Positions 8,056-18,334 of a stretch of DNA of 64,000 nucleotides are shown one piece after another. The DNA lies in the NCBI GenBank assembly GCA_044222185.1, contig JBGANV010000004.1:64001-128000 (forward strand), written 5' to 3'. Under the pieces are notes generated by a model. That model did no database searches. It was not told the DNA's origin and worked only from the letters and a program-made list of their open reading frames with translations. Numbering within the stretch: the first letter of the stretch is position 1; each line of letters starts with the position of its first letter. Source of the DNA: Planctomycetota bacterium (GTDB lineage Bacteria; Planctomycetota; GCA-002687715; CAIWVZ01). The position numbers and the translations under genes are program-made.

Positions 8056-10638
8056 ATGGCGGCGCGAATTCTCCTCTCTTTCGTCGGGCTCGTCGCCGTG
8101 GTGCTCGCCCAGGACGCGCCCGCCACGCGTCGCACGTCCAAGCCGGACTTCGCAGAAGCTTCACTCAGGCGTCGCTTCGACGAGCTGCGGCCGGCCATCG
8201 AGGCCGAGATCGGGCGGCCCTTCGGCGAGCCGGTCACCATCTCCGCGGGCTCGACACGGGAACTGGCCGAGGTGTTGTTCGAGGAACACGTGGCCGTGAT
8301 GGCGGCGCTGCCTCCGGACGTCTCGGCACGGGAGGGCTTCCTCGATTCACTCCGCGAGACCGCCTTCGAGGTGGCGCCGAGCATTCTCGGCAAGGTCGAC
8401 ATGCTCCAGGGCGCGGTACACATCATCCCGGAGCACTTCCGCTCGGTCGTCTACGAGCACGGGCAGCGCGATCTCTACTCCCAGGACGTGGTGGACGTGG
8501 TCCTCATCCACGAGGCCATCCACGTGCATCAGTTTCGGCACCTCGGTTTGAACCGGATGCTCGGACGTCCTGCCGGCGACGAGGAGGAGAAGGCCCGCAT
8601 GGCGGTGATCGAAGGTCACGCCGAATCGGTCACGCGCCGGGTCGCGAGCAAGCTCGGATTGTTGCCTGCGTTCACTCGCATGCAGACGGCGCTGTCGGAC
8701 GTACCTCGCGTGATGCGCGAGACGCAGAAGGCCGCGGAGGCGCGGGAAGACGCGGAGCGGCTGGTGTTCGCCTACGTCGAGGGCGAGAAGTTCGTCGAAT
8801 CCGTCATCGAGGCACTCGGCGTCGCGAAGGCGACCGAACGGCTCTTCGCCACACCTCCGCTCACATGCGAGTTGATCCGGTCTCCGAAGTCCTACCTGGA
8901 CTCCGCAGGTTCATCGGGCGCGGTCTCCCAAGCGACCTCAACGGGAACACGTCCCGGTCGCGACGCCACCGTGCGGCTCGTCTACTCTGACGGCGGATCC
9001 GCGCCGGCCGCGTTCCGCGCAACCGTGTGGTTCGGCGGTCCGGAGTTCGGCGGTCGGCGATTCGACGGAACGGATGGGACCTTCGTCGTTCCCGGAGGCG
9101 CGGGTACGGACGTGCGCCTCGGACGCCTCGTCATCGACGGTGAGTTCATCGACGACGTGCTCGGCAATCACGTCCACATCTCGGATTCGGAGCCGACGAC
9201 CATCACGATCGAGCGCCCGCATCAGATCGGGTTGAAGGTCGTCGACGAGGCGACGGGAGCCGTACTGGCGGACGCGCGCGCCCGTCGGTACGGCGGCGAC
9301 ATGGTCACGTCACGCGAAATCGCCGTGGCGCCACCGCTCGAGGGCGACCTGTCGGGGCCGCTCGTCGTTCCAGGGCCCGACCGCGTGCTTCGTGTTCGTC
9401 GCACGGGTCAGCCGGTGATCGTCGGGGCGCCGGGGCACGTCTGGACCGCGATCCAGGTCGGGAACACGGACGAAATCCAGACCGTGGCGTTGCCCGCAGC
9501 CGGCAGCATGCGCGTGCGCGTCGCGAACTGGGCCGAATTGGACGGGGCCGTCATCCTCGTGCAGCGGGTCGACGTCGATCGCGGCACGTTCGGGTTCAGT
9601 CGTCCCTACCGTTGCGAAGAGCCGGCGCTCTCGGGCGACCTCACGTTGAGCGGGCTGCTTCCGGGGCTCTACGGCGTGACCGTGCGTCGCGGCGACGAGA
9701 CGACGCGCGGAGCCGTATTCGGCACCGCGACGGCGCAGGTGGTGGCGGGGTCGACCGCCGAGGTTTCCGTCAGCGTTCCCAAGCCGCCGTCGCGAGTGAC
9801 GGTGGCAGGGCTCGTCACGGTGCCCACCGCCTGGGGCGAGGAACTCGACCTCAGCATTCACCTCGTGGGCCTGGACGTGTTCAATTCTGGGATCGTCCGA
9901 GCGTTCGATGGAGAGGTCGACGCGGATCGGCGCACGGCTCCGTTTCGCTTCGACGACGTACCGGCCGGAAGATGGGGCGTCTTCATCGAGGAGATCCAGT
10001 GGATGTCCGAGATCGACGTCAACGCTACGAACGAGGCGCTCGCGCTCGCCGTTCCCGAACCCGTCGAGGTCACCGTGCGGGTGGTCGACGGGACGTCGGG
10101 GAAACGGATCGACGGCGCGACAGGGCGGTGGTTCGCTGTCGTCGAGCACGACGGGCGCTGGATCCGGGTTTCGGATCTGGGCGTCGGCCTGTTCCCGCGC
10201 GAGTTCGAGGAGGAGAGCGAGCGAGGGGAGTTCCGCTTTCTCGCCGCACCCGGGTGGATTCGCGTCGAAGCCGAAGCGGAGGATTACCTCACGTCGGACA
10301 TCGACGTGATGCCGGTCCATGGGACCAAGATCTCGGAGAAGCTGCCGCTTCCCCGGACGGGCAGCGTGGTGGTGACGCTGCGCGCCGGCGAATCGTCCTA
10401 CGAGGGCAGCGCCATCGTCTTCCTGCGGCGCGAGGACGACGTGGGATCCGACCTGATCCCCGAGCCGGATGCCACGACGATTCACCAGTTCGAGCACGTG
10501 CCCGCGGGTCGATGGAAGGTGATCGTCGATCCCATCCCGGGCTTCGGCCGTATCCGCCCCCGCTTGATCGACGTGACTTTCGGTCACGAGACCGAGGTCG
10601 TGATCGACCTCGATCGCGCACCCGAGTCGCGGAAGTAG
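8056..10638 (+). CDS. Secreted protein: N-terminal zincin-like metallopeptidase domain plus carboxypeptidase-regulatory-like beta domains
   Basis: Signal peptide; VLIHEAIHVHQ...AVIEGHAE motif; repeated G-x-Y/W beta-sandwich modules in the C-terminal two thirds. Confidence 0.65.
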   Translation: MAARILLSFVGLVAVVLAQDAPATRRTSKPDFAEASLRRRFDELRPAIEAEIGRPFGEPVTISAGSTRELAEVLFEEHVAVMAALPPDVSAREGFLDSLRETAFEVAPSILGKVDMLQGAVHIIPEHFRSVVYEHGQRDLYSQDVVDVVLIHEAIHVHQFRHLGLNRMLGRPAGDEEEKARMAVIEGHAESVTRRVASKLGLLPAFTRMQTALSDVPRVMRETQKAAEAREDAERLVFAYVEGEKFVESVIEALGVAKATERLFATPPLTCELIRSPKSYLDSAGSSGAVSQATSTGTRPGRDATVRLVYSDGGSAPAAFRATVWFGGPEFGGRRFDGTDGTFVVPGGAGTDVRLGRLVIDGEFIDDVLGNHVHISDSEPTTITIERPHQIGLKVVDEATGAVLADARARRYGGDMVTSREIAVAPPLEGDLSGPLVVPGPDRVLRVRRTGQPVIVGAPGHVWTAIQVGNTDEIQTVALPAAGSMRVRVANWAELDGAVILVQRVDVDRGTFGFSRPYRCEEPALSGDLTLSGLLPGLYGVTVRRGDETTRGAVFGTATAQVVAGSTAEVSVSVPKPPSRVTVAGLVTVPTAWGEELDLSIHLVGLDVFNSGIVRAFDGEVDADRRTAPFRFDDVPAGRWGVFIEEIQWMSEIDVNATNEALALAVPEPVEVTVRVVDGTSGKRIDGATGRWFAVVEHDGRWIRVSDLGVGLFPREFEEESERGEFRFLAAPGWIRVEAEAEDYLTSDIDVMPVHGTKISEKLPLPRTGSVVVTLRAGESSYEGSAIVFLRREDDVGSDLIPEPDATTIHQFEHVPAGRWKVIVDPIPGFGRIRPRLIDVTFGHETEVVIDLDRAPESRK

Positions 10639-10927
10639 CTGGCACATCCGCCGCGGCGGAGCGCCGCTCGCATCGAGCACACGAGCTACGCGAGCGGAGG
10701 ACCACCGGCCCGGGGGGGCGTTGCGCGACGGGCTCTCGGGGATTGAACGGGCGTCAGTGATCGCGCACGCGGGCGCAAGCCACGCCCGTCGGCCCGCGCG
10801 AGACGCGCGCGGATCCTGCCGGTCCCCGCCGGGACGGCGGAGGACGCGTCGCTCCTCCGCATCTCCCACAGAGTGCGAATTGCCGGGCACCCCGCCCTCG
10901 CGCACACTCGGCACGCGAGGGTCATGC

Positions 10928-11683
10928 ATGCTCGACGACACCCTTCCCTACGAACTCCTCACACTCGTCGGATCCGTCGCGCTGTTCGACACGTGGGAAC
11001 GGCGACGGCCCGCGCGGCTCATCGACAAGCGCCGCGATCTTTCGCTCGACGTCGTCGCGCTTCTCGTGGTCGCCGTCGCGGGGACGCTCGTGAAGGTGCT
11101 CATCCGTCAGGGCTTCGACGCGACCGGCCTCCACGCCGGCTTCACGAAGCTCGGCATCCTCGCTGGCGCGGCGTCGTTCGCCCGGATTGCCGCGGGGATC
11201 ATCGCCGCCGATTTCGCGCTCTATTGGCTCCACCGTTGGATGCACGACGTCCCGCTCCTGTGGAAGAGCCATCGCTTCCACCACACGATCCGCGACCTCT
11301 ACTGGCTGTCGGGCGCGCGAACGAGCGTGACGCACCTCTTCCTGTTCGCGATCCCGCAAGTCCTCATCGCGCGTGAGATCCTCGCGCTCAGTCCCGTCGA
11401 GTCCGCCATCGCATTCGGCATCGGCGTCGTCGTGAACATCTGGGTGCACACGAACCTGAACGTGGATCTGGGCCCGCTCCAGTGGCTGATCATCACGCCC
11501 GCGTTCCACCGCGTGCACCACGGCCGCGACTTCATGCCGTCGCGGAACATCGGGTTCATGCTCACGATCTGGGACCGCGCGTTCGGGACCTACCTCGATC
11601 CGCGCTCCGTGCCCGACGACTACCCCCTCGGTCTATCTCCGAAGGACGAAGTCCCCCTTCCCAGGATGGTCGCGGGCGTGTGA
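10928..11683 (+). CDS. Sterol desaturase / fatty acid hydroxylase family protein
   Basis: His boxes YWLHRWMH, HRFHH, HTN, HRVHH; N-x-G...IWDRAFGTY. Confidence 0.9.
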   Translation: MLDDTLPYELLTLVGSVALFDTWERRRPARLIDKRRDLSLDVVALLVVAVAGTLVKVLIRQGFDATGLHAGFTKLGILAGAASFARIAAGIIAADFALYWLHRWMHDVPLLWKSHRFHHTIRDLYWLSGARTSVTHLFLFAIPQVLIAREILALSPVESAIAFGIGVVVNIWVHTNLNVDLGPLQWLIITPAFHRVHHGRDFMPSRNIGFMLTIWDRAFGTYLDPRSVPDDYPLGLSPKDEVPLPRMVAGV

Positions 11684-11708
11684 GCGAAAGCCGCGCCTGG
11701 AGTGGCCG

Positions 11709-14294
11709 TCACTCCTTCAAATTTGCCGCGGCCCGGTCGATGGCGACCTGGGGAACCTGGATCTCGAACACCTGGACGCCGCTGGCGTCGCGCACCTCGA
11801 TCCGTTGATCCAGTGAGATTCCAGCGTCGCTCGTTCCGTTGGCGACCTTTCGGACGACACGCACCTGGACGCGATGCGGACCCGGCGCACCGACGGCGAT
11901 GACGCAGCTCCGCGTCGCGTCGAACGAATTCGACTCGCTGCGATTCCCTCCGGCCTCCACTGGCATGAGACGCGCCGCCAGCTCGAGCGGCGGAGCCGGC
12001 AGCTGCACGTCGTTCGAAAGGACGAGCTTCACCTGAAGCGCCGGGGCCATCGTCACCTCGAGATCGTTCACGACGCCCCGGATCGTCTGCGTTCGAAACC
12101 GCGGTCCGTACACGGTGACGTCCACGCCGCTCGCCGCCACCACGACGCCCGCGCGTGCGTCCGCCGCATTGGCCGAGACCGCCGACCTCGCGTCGGGCTG
12201 AGACAGAACCACCGTGGCATCCTCCACCGGGCGCATTGCCTCGTCCACCACGGAGACCTTCAGCGCGCGCACGCGGTTCGTCAGATCGATCCCCTGCAGC
12301 CGGGGATCGCGCGTCACCTCACCCGGCTTGATCTCGACGTCCGGGATGCTGACGAATGCGTTGCTCGGTTCCCGCCCGGTGCAACTGAACGTTCCGACGC
12401 CCGGCGGGAGATTGGTGATGCGGAACGTGCCGGTGGGGTCCAGGGGAACGCTGTGCCCCGTCATCGCGACCCCGCCCGCACCGCCGCGCGATGTGATTCG
12501 GAGGAACGCGTGAATCGAGCGTCCCGGTAGGTTGGGCGGCAGCCGGACCGAACCCTCGATGACGCCGGCTCGCGGGACCACGACCTGCACACCGGTCTGG
12601 CCCGGAGTGAACTCGACGCGGGTCGGCAGGAGGGCGTCGGAGGCATTCACGGCAATCGCCATCTTTTCACCGCGGAGTCGCGAGCGGACCTCGAAATTGC
12701 CGTCCCGATCGGACGCGTAACGATCCGGTACGGTCCGCATGGACGGCCTTCTTCCCGACGCCCGTTCCGCTTCCGACGGGAGCGTCTCGGTCTCAAGCAT
12801 GAACGGTACGCTCGGAAGACCTCGTCCCAGATCGTCGACGATCCGGCCAGAGACGAGCACCGGCAGCACGCCCAGCCTCACGTCACCGATGTCCGTGTCG
12901 CCCTGTGCAGAAAGTGCCGGGACCTCGGCCGTCTCCCTCGGGGTTCCGCCGCCTTGCTCCGCCATGACGTGGAAGAGGATCTTCACGCCGGGATCCGTCG
13001 CGCCCGTCAGTTGCACGCGGAAGCGCCCCGCCGCGTCCGTCCGAGCTTCCTCGCCGATGCGAGTCGTGGAATTGCCTTGGGCGTACTCGACCTGGACGGG
13101 AACGGAGGCCGACGCCAGCGGAGTCCCATCCGCCTCGACGATCCGTCCGACGATCGCGGGGAACGTCTCGGTCACGCGAACGCGAACCGCGCGTGCTTCG
13201 CCGACTCCGGTGAGCGCGGGCAGGTGCATCCGCACGGGCTTGTGCGTCGTCGATACCACCGTGAGGTCGAAATCGGTGCCGGTACCCACGCGATCCATGC
13301 CACCGCGCCCGCGCGCGATCGCCCCGTGAAACTCCGCGCCTCGACCGAACATCGCGTCGGGCGACGGCTCGCCGGGCGGTTTCAGTGCGACCATGAACGT
13401 GCCTTCGAGGTCGAGATGGGCATCCTGCGCGTCCACCGTTTCGATCTGCAGGGAGCCGAACGGCGGGAGGACGAGTCGCACGGGCTCCTTCGGGAGCGCG
13501 TTCGCCGCGTGCGTGACGGACGCCGTCGATGGCACGGGGAAATCCGGGGAGAACACGCACTCGGTCGCCTCCGCCCGCCCCAAGGCCAGGCGCGACCGGA
13601 GGTGGCGGAACACGGTCGTCCCCGTCTCCGCCGCCGTGGTCCCGCGTCCGATCGGCGCGAACCCGATCGCGGGGAGCCCTTGCACGATGACGTCGACGTT
13701 CGCCTGGGGGGTCCCGGCGGCATCGACCACCTGCACCGCCACGTCCGCGTCCGCGTTCAACGTCAGGCGGACCGTGTCGCGACCGGTGAGCGGGACGATA
13801 CCGACGAGCGTTCCGCTGCGCGCCGTCGCCGCGCCCGTGCGCCGCGTCTTCGGAACCCGCGCCACGCCGAGTGCGTCCGTGCGGAATCGCCTGCCGTGGG
13901 CGCGGATCAGCGACTCCGGGTCCTCGGGGGCATTTCGCAGAGTGCGGAGCACCTGCGGCTCGAGGCTCGAGTCGAATGCGACGTACCACACGTCGATGCC
14001 GGCGACCGGTCGATTGGTTCCACCGTCGATCACCGCGACACGGACGCCGTCCTCCGGACCCACCTCGACCGGACGGGTGTCCAGTGTCGCCTCGGGGCTC
14101 GCATCGAACGGAGTCGCGACGACGCGGCCGTCGGGCGTCCCGCCACCCTCTGGCTTCAGTGATGGCTCCTCGTTCGGAGCTTCGCCACGAGGGCGCACGG
14201 TGGGCGCGGGCGCGTCCTGGCTCATCACGAACCAGATCCCCAATCCGACGGCGACGAGAGCGAACAGCACCGCGAACAGTCGGCCCAGGCTCAT
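11709..14294 (-). CDS. Membrane-anchored carboxypeptidase-regulatory-like domain protein
   Basis: N-terminal TM anchor; repeated G-R-x-V-D-x-x-G-x-P and TD-x-x-G-x-F modules. Confidence 0.7.
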   Translation of the reverse strand: MSLGRLFAVLFALVAVGLGIWFVMSQDAPAPTVRPRGEAPNEEPSLKPEGGGTPDGRVVATPFDASPEATLDTRPVEVGPEDGVRVAVIDGGTNRPVAGIDVWYVAFDSSLEPQVLRTLRNAPEDPESLIRAHGRRFRTDALGVARVPKTRRTGAATARSGTLVGIVPLTGRDTVRLTLNADADVAVQVVDAAGTPQANVDVIVQGLPAIGFAPIGRGTTAAETGTTVFRHLRSRLALGRAEATECVFSPDFPVPSTASVTHAANALPKEPVRLVLPPFGSLQIETVDAQDAHLDLEGTFMVALKPPGEPSPDAMFGRGAEFHGAIARGRGGMDRVGTGTDFDLTVVSTTHKPVRMHLPALTGVGEARAVRVRVTETFPAIVGRIVEADGTPLASASVPVQVEYAQGNSTTRIGEEARTDAAGRFRVQLTGATDPGVKILFHVMAEQGGGTPRETAEVPALSAQGDTDIGDVRLGVLPVLVSGRIVDDLGRGLPSVPFMLETETLPSEAERASGRRPSMRTVPDRYASDRDGNFEVRSRLRGEKMAIAVNASDALLPTRVEFTPGQTGVQVVVPRAGVIEGSVRLPPNLPGRSIHAFLRITSRGGAGGVAMTGHSVPLDPTGTFRITNLPPGVGTFSCTGREPSNAFVSIPDVEIKPGEVTRDPRLQGIDLTNRVRALKVSVVDEAMRPVEDATVVLSQPDARSAVSANAADARAGVVVAASGVDVTVYGPRFRTQTIRGVVNDLEVTMAPALQVKLVLSNDVQLPAPPLELAARLMPVEAGGNRSESNSFDATRSCVIAVGAPGPHRVQVRVVRKVANGTSDAGISLDQRIEVRDASGVQVFEIQVPQVAIDRAAANLKE

Positions 14295-14390
14295 CAACGC
14301 GTCGTCCTTTCCGCGGCTCCGCGGCACGTGCTCCGGAGCGCGGCGAGGATCATACGCCGCGCCCGGGCGGGCGACGATCGGCTCTCGGGA

Positions 14391-17300
14391 TCAGAACACC
14401 TCGGGCCAGCGCGCCCACGAGAGTCGCCATCCGAGCGGCGCCGCAGGATCCAGATAGATCGTCTGCGAGGTCAAGGTCAGGCCCGACGGAGGATTGGGAA
14501 GGGTGAGGCCGGGCAGGTCGAACTTCCCGCCGGGAGCCGTGCTGCTCGAACTGAAGGTGAACGCCACCGGCAGTGGCGGACCGACGAGGCCGATGCCGTC
14601 GATCACGAATGCCAGCGTGGGGCTGTTGTGGCACGCGAGGACGAAGTTGGACGCCGCGTTGGGCCATTGCGTGAGCGGCTGCGGGCTCGACGTGTCGATG
14701 AAGACCGTGAACGGTTGACCTGCCGGGTAGCCCTCCCAGCGCGCCGTGTACTGCTGCCCGGGCGACGGGTTGGGCGGCACGCGCAGCATCGTGCCTTGAT
14801 TGCTCCCGAGCGTCGCGCCGGATCCGATCCGCAGCGCGATGGAATTCGAGAGGACGGCAGGGACGTTCGACACCGTCAATGCGATGCCGCCAGGGCGCTG
14901 GGTCTGCAACGTGGCGGGCGACAGCGTCGCCGAGACGTGCGTGGAGTTCAGGAACGTCGTGGGCAGCGGAGTGCCATTGGCGTAGACGACCAGGCTCGCG
15001 GTCAGATGCGTGCCGGTGAGTGCGAGCGTGATCGGAGCTGAGGCGGGCGTCATCACGGGCGTGCTGGCCGGCGTGACGGATGCGAGGGTCGGTCCGAAGA
15101 CCGTCAACGAGGAATTGCCACTGACACCGCCGCCGGGTCCTGCGTTCGCGACGCTGACCGCGATCGTTCCCGGGGTGACGATCCATGAAGCGGGCACGGA
15201 AGCGGCGAGCTGGGTCGTGCTCACGAACGTCGTCGCCACGTTCATGCCGTTCAGGCGGACCTGCGATCCGGAGACGAAGCCCGACCCGGTCACCGTGAGG
15301 GTGAACGACGGACCTCCCGCATCGGCCGTCGCAGGCGTCGTCGACGTCACTGCCGGGGCGGGGTTGTTGATGGTGAACGTGGCGGCGTTGCTCGTGCCCC
15401 CGCCGGGCGCCGGGTTGAACAGCGTGATGGTCGCCGTGCCGGCTGCCGTCATGAAAGATGCGGGTACCTGCGCATCGATCATGCCGGGAGCGAACGTGTT
15501 CACCGTCGTGAGGTTCGCCCCGTTGAAGCGGACGATCGTGCCGTTCATGACGTTCGTGCCGATCACCGTCATGGTGAACGTGGCGCTTCCCACCAGCTTG
15601 CTCGTCGGTGCGATGAGCGTGAGTGTGGGCGCCGGATTGGGCGTCTGTGCCACGAGGATCGAGCTGCTCGACGGCCCGGTGGCCGTCACCGGCGCTTCGT
15701 TGAACGCGACGAGGGCGTGCCAGCCCGTCGACAGCGAGATGCCGGTCACCGGCGTCGCGGACGCCGTTCCCGCCAGGTCGGCCTGGGCACGGGTTCGCCA
15801 TTGCGGGCCCGTACCCGGTCGGAACAGCACCCACTTCGCGAATGCACCACCGTTCACCGTGAGGTCGTAGCTTCCTGCCGTCGTCACGTTGAACTGCACG
15901 AGGCGGAACGTGGACGGCGTGAAGAAGTAGTTGAGCGTGGATGTCGTGCCGAGCGCCAGAGTCGCGGATCCGGGGTTGAACGAGGCGGTTGCGTTCGAGA
16001 GGCCGGAGTAGCGCGCGATGATCCCGTTGGTCGGGGTGACGGCGCCCAGGTTTCCGTTCGCGACCACGCAGTCGAACGTCGCCCCGCCGTTCTGGGATTC
16101 AGCAGCGCCGATGGCCACGTCCCAGTCCGCTGCCGAGACGACTCCCACGCAATTCCATGCGGCGGACGGCGTGACCGTGAACGGCTGAAACGGCGTCGTC
16201 ACCGAGGCCGAACTTCCGCCTGCGGCGAACGCGAGGTTCGCGCCGAGTGGCCAGACGTAGATCGTGTAATCGAGACTCGTTGCCGGAACCGCGCCATCCT
16301 TGAAGATCGCGATCACGTGCATGCCGACATCGAGGAAGATCGACTGGACTCCGGTCGACCCGACCGACCCCCACAGCGGCGCACCGCGCGGTCGGAAGCC
16401 CGCGCTCGTGCCGGCGTCGTAAAGGTCCCAGAACAGCGACGTGTCTCCCGTGAGCATCACCTCGTACCAGTCGGGCGTCGTGACCTGGAATTGCTCGAGC
16501 ACCATGACGTGTCCGGCCGGGAATTGCGTGTCGACGACGGTTCCGACGGCGAACGTGGAGGCGACGACCACTTCGACCGCGGCCGTTGGCGTCCCCGAAG
16601 CCAGGGTGAAGTTGGCGCTGCTCGCCGGCACTGGCCCCAGCGTTCCGTTCGAGAGCGCGAAGTCAGTGAATCCAGCGGCAAAGTTCGAGGTCGCTCCACC
16701 GGCATTCACGCTCCAGTTCGACGACGACGCCACGGCAACGCCGTTCCACGCGCCCGCCGCTGGAGTGAACGTGCCGGTCGTGCAGGAGGAGGTGATCTGC
16801 GTCGGAGTGTTCGTGGGGAGGGCGACGGTCGTTCCGCAGATGACGTTCACGGTCATCGTGTTCGACAGTCCGCCGGCTGGTGACGCGTTGTTGACCTGGA
16901 CGGTGTGAGCGCCGAGCGTGTTCAGGAAGGAGCCGGGGACGTTGGCGAGGAGTGTGGTCGCGTTGAGGAAGGTGGTCACGACGGGGGCACCGTCCACCAG
17001 AACCGAGCTGTCCGGGAAGCCCTCCGGGGTGGAGTCGCGGTGCGACGAGTGGAAATGCGTCCCCGTGATCGTCAGCGAGACGAAGCCGCTCGCCGGGGTG
17101 ATCTGAGCGGGGCTCAGTGCGGTGATCGTCGGCGCAGGCGGCGAGCCGTACATCGTCGCCATGCCCTGGGCATCGAAGATGGATAGGTGATTGCCGACCC
17201 CGATCTTGTTCTGCCACTGCGCGGCATTCGCACCGTTCACCGTGATCGCCCGCAACTGCGACGGGCAAAGAGGGAGCGATACCGTCGGACACCGCGAGAA

Positions 17301-17930
17301 CGCCCATTGCCCGTAATGCATGATCGAGTCGAAGTCGTAGGGCGTGACGTTCGTCGTGTTCGGGATGATGAAGAAATTGAACTGGAAGTTGATGGTCGGG
17401 ATGATGTTCGCCCACTCGATGGTGACGAAGTTGTTTCGGTCCGGGCGCATGTGCTCATGCACGTAGCCGAGAGTGTGCCCGAGCTCGTGAACGACCGTCC
17501 CCCAGTTCCAGTTGTTGATGAAGACGAACTGCTGCCCGCCTTGGGGGACCTTGCCGATGGCGGAGAAGTTCGATCCCGGCGCCGGGTTGTCCACCAGCGT
17601 GACGTAATCGACCTCGTTCGTGCGCGGCACGAAGTGGACCGCCGAGACGGCCTCCCACGACGCCATCGCCTCGGCAGCGATGGCGCGCTGGTTCGCGGAG
17701 AGCGGCGAATCAAACGTGAACGGAACGGTCGCATTGGGCCAGAGGCCGGGGATCCAACCGCCGTCGGTGAAGAACGCCGTCTGCGGGATGAGCATGTCGT
17801 CGACGGCGAGGAAGCCCTCGGGGATTTCGAGCGTCGGAGACTGCGCTGACGTGGGAGTCGCGATTGCGACGGCTCCCAGCAGCACCGCGAGCGATACCTG
17901 ACGCCCGAACCGGCGGGATGCAGTTTTCAT
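14391..17930 (-). CDS. Secreted astacin-family (M12A) metallopeptidase with IPT/TIG repeats and C-terminal domain
   Basis: HELGHTLGYVHEHMRPDR, YDFDSIMHY Met-turn, several P-x-I/L-T...G-x-x-F IPT repeats; ATG at 17930 followed by a signal peptide. Confidence 0.9.
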   Translation of the reverse strand: MKTASRRFGRQVSLAVLLGAVAIATPTSAQSPTLEIPEGFLAVDDMLIPQTAFFTDGGWIPGLWPNATVPFTFDSPLSANQRAIAAEAMASWEAVSAVHFVPRTNEVDYVTLVDNPAPGSNFSAIGKVPQGGQQFVFINNWNWGTVVHELGHTLGYVHEHMRPDRNNFVTIEWANIIPTINFQFNFFIIPNTTNVTPYDFDSIMHYGQWAFSRCPTVSLPLCPSQLRAITVNGANAAQWQNKIGVGNHLSIFDAQGMATMYGSPPAPTITALSPAQITPASGFVSLTITGTHFHSSHRDSTPEGFPDSSVLVDGAPVVTTFLNATTLLANVPGSFLNTLGAHTVQVNNASPAGGLSNTMTVNVICGTTVALPTNTPTQITSSCTTGTFTPAAGAWNGVAVASSSNWSVNAGGATSNFAAGFTDFALSNGTLGPVPASSANFTLASGTPTAAVEVVVASTFAVGTVVDTQFPAGHVMVLEQFQVTTPDWYEVMLTGDTSLFWDLYDAGTSAGFRPRGAPLWGSVGSTGVQSIFLDVGMHVIAIFKDGAVPATSLDYTIYVWPLGANLAFAAGGSSASVTTPFQPFTVTPSAAWNCVGVVSAADWDVAIGAAESQNGGATFDCVVANGNLGAVTPTNGIIARYSGLSNATASFNPGSATLALGTTSTLNYFFTPSTFRLVQFNVTTAGSYDLTVNGGAFAKWVLFRPGTGPQWRTRAQADLAGTASATPVTGISLSTGWHALVAFNEAPVTATGPSSSSILVAQTPNPAPTLTLIAPTSKLVGSATFTMTVIGTNVMNGTIVRFNGANLTTVNTFAPGMIDAQVPASFMTAAGTATITLFNPAPGGGTSNAATFTINNPAPAVTSTTPATADAGGPSFTLTVTGSGFVSGSQVRLNGMNVATTFVSTTQLAASVPASWIVTPGTIAVSVANAGPGGGVSGNSSLTVFGPTLASVTPASTPVMTPASAPITLALTGTHLTASLVVYANGTPLPTTFLNSTHVSATLSPATLQTQRPGGIALTVSNVPAVLSNSIALRIGSGATLGSNQGTMLRVPPNPSPGQQYTARWEGYPAGQPFTVFIDTSSPQPLTQWPNAASNFVLACHNSPTLAFVIDGIGLVGPPLPVAFTFSSSSTAPGGKFDLPGLTLPNPPSGLTLTSQTIYLDPAAPLGWRLSWARWPEVF

Positions 17931-18334
17931 GACGGCGTGACTCCGCAAGGGTTTACGACGATCGCGGCTGCGAGCCCACCGCGACCGATGAGCTCCAAGC
18001 GTCACGAGCGAGCCGCAGGTGACAGGAGATCGGGAATCCCGCGCCCGCGCGCGAATCCGCCGTCGTTGCGGACGGAGCTGGCGTGAGCGCCGCGCGCCTC
18101 GGGATCCACGGCCTGGCAGCCGGCGCGTGACACCCGCGACTCGCAATCGGCGGCTCGCCTCGCTCCCGATCGAATCGGCCCGTTCCGGGCACCTCGGCCG
18201 CGCCTCGGTGGTCCGGTGGCTTGCCGACTCGCGCGTTCGCCGCGGTGCGACGGGCTGCAGCTTTCGTCCGATACAATCCCGCCCACGATTCGGCGGCGCG
18301 AGGGCCGCCCTCGTCGAATGAGAGGCCCACGAGC

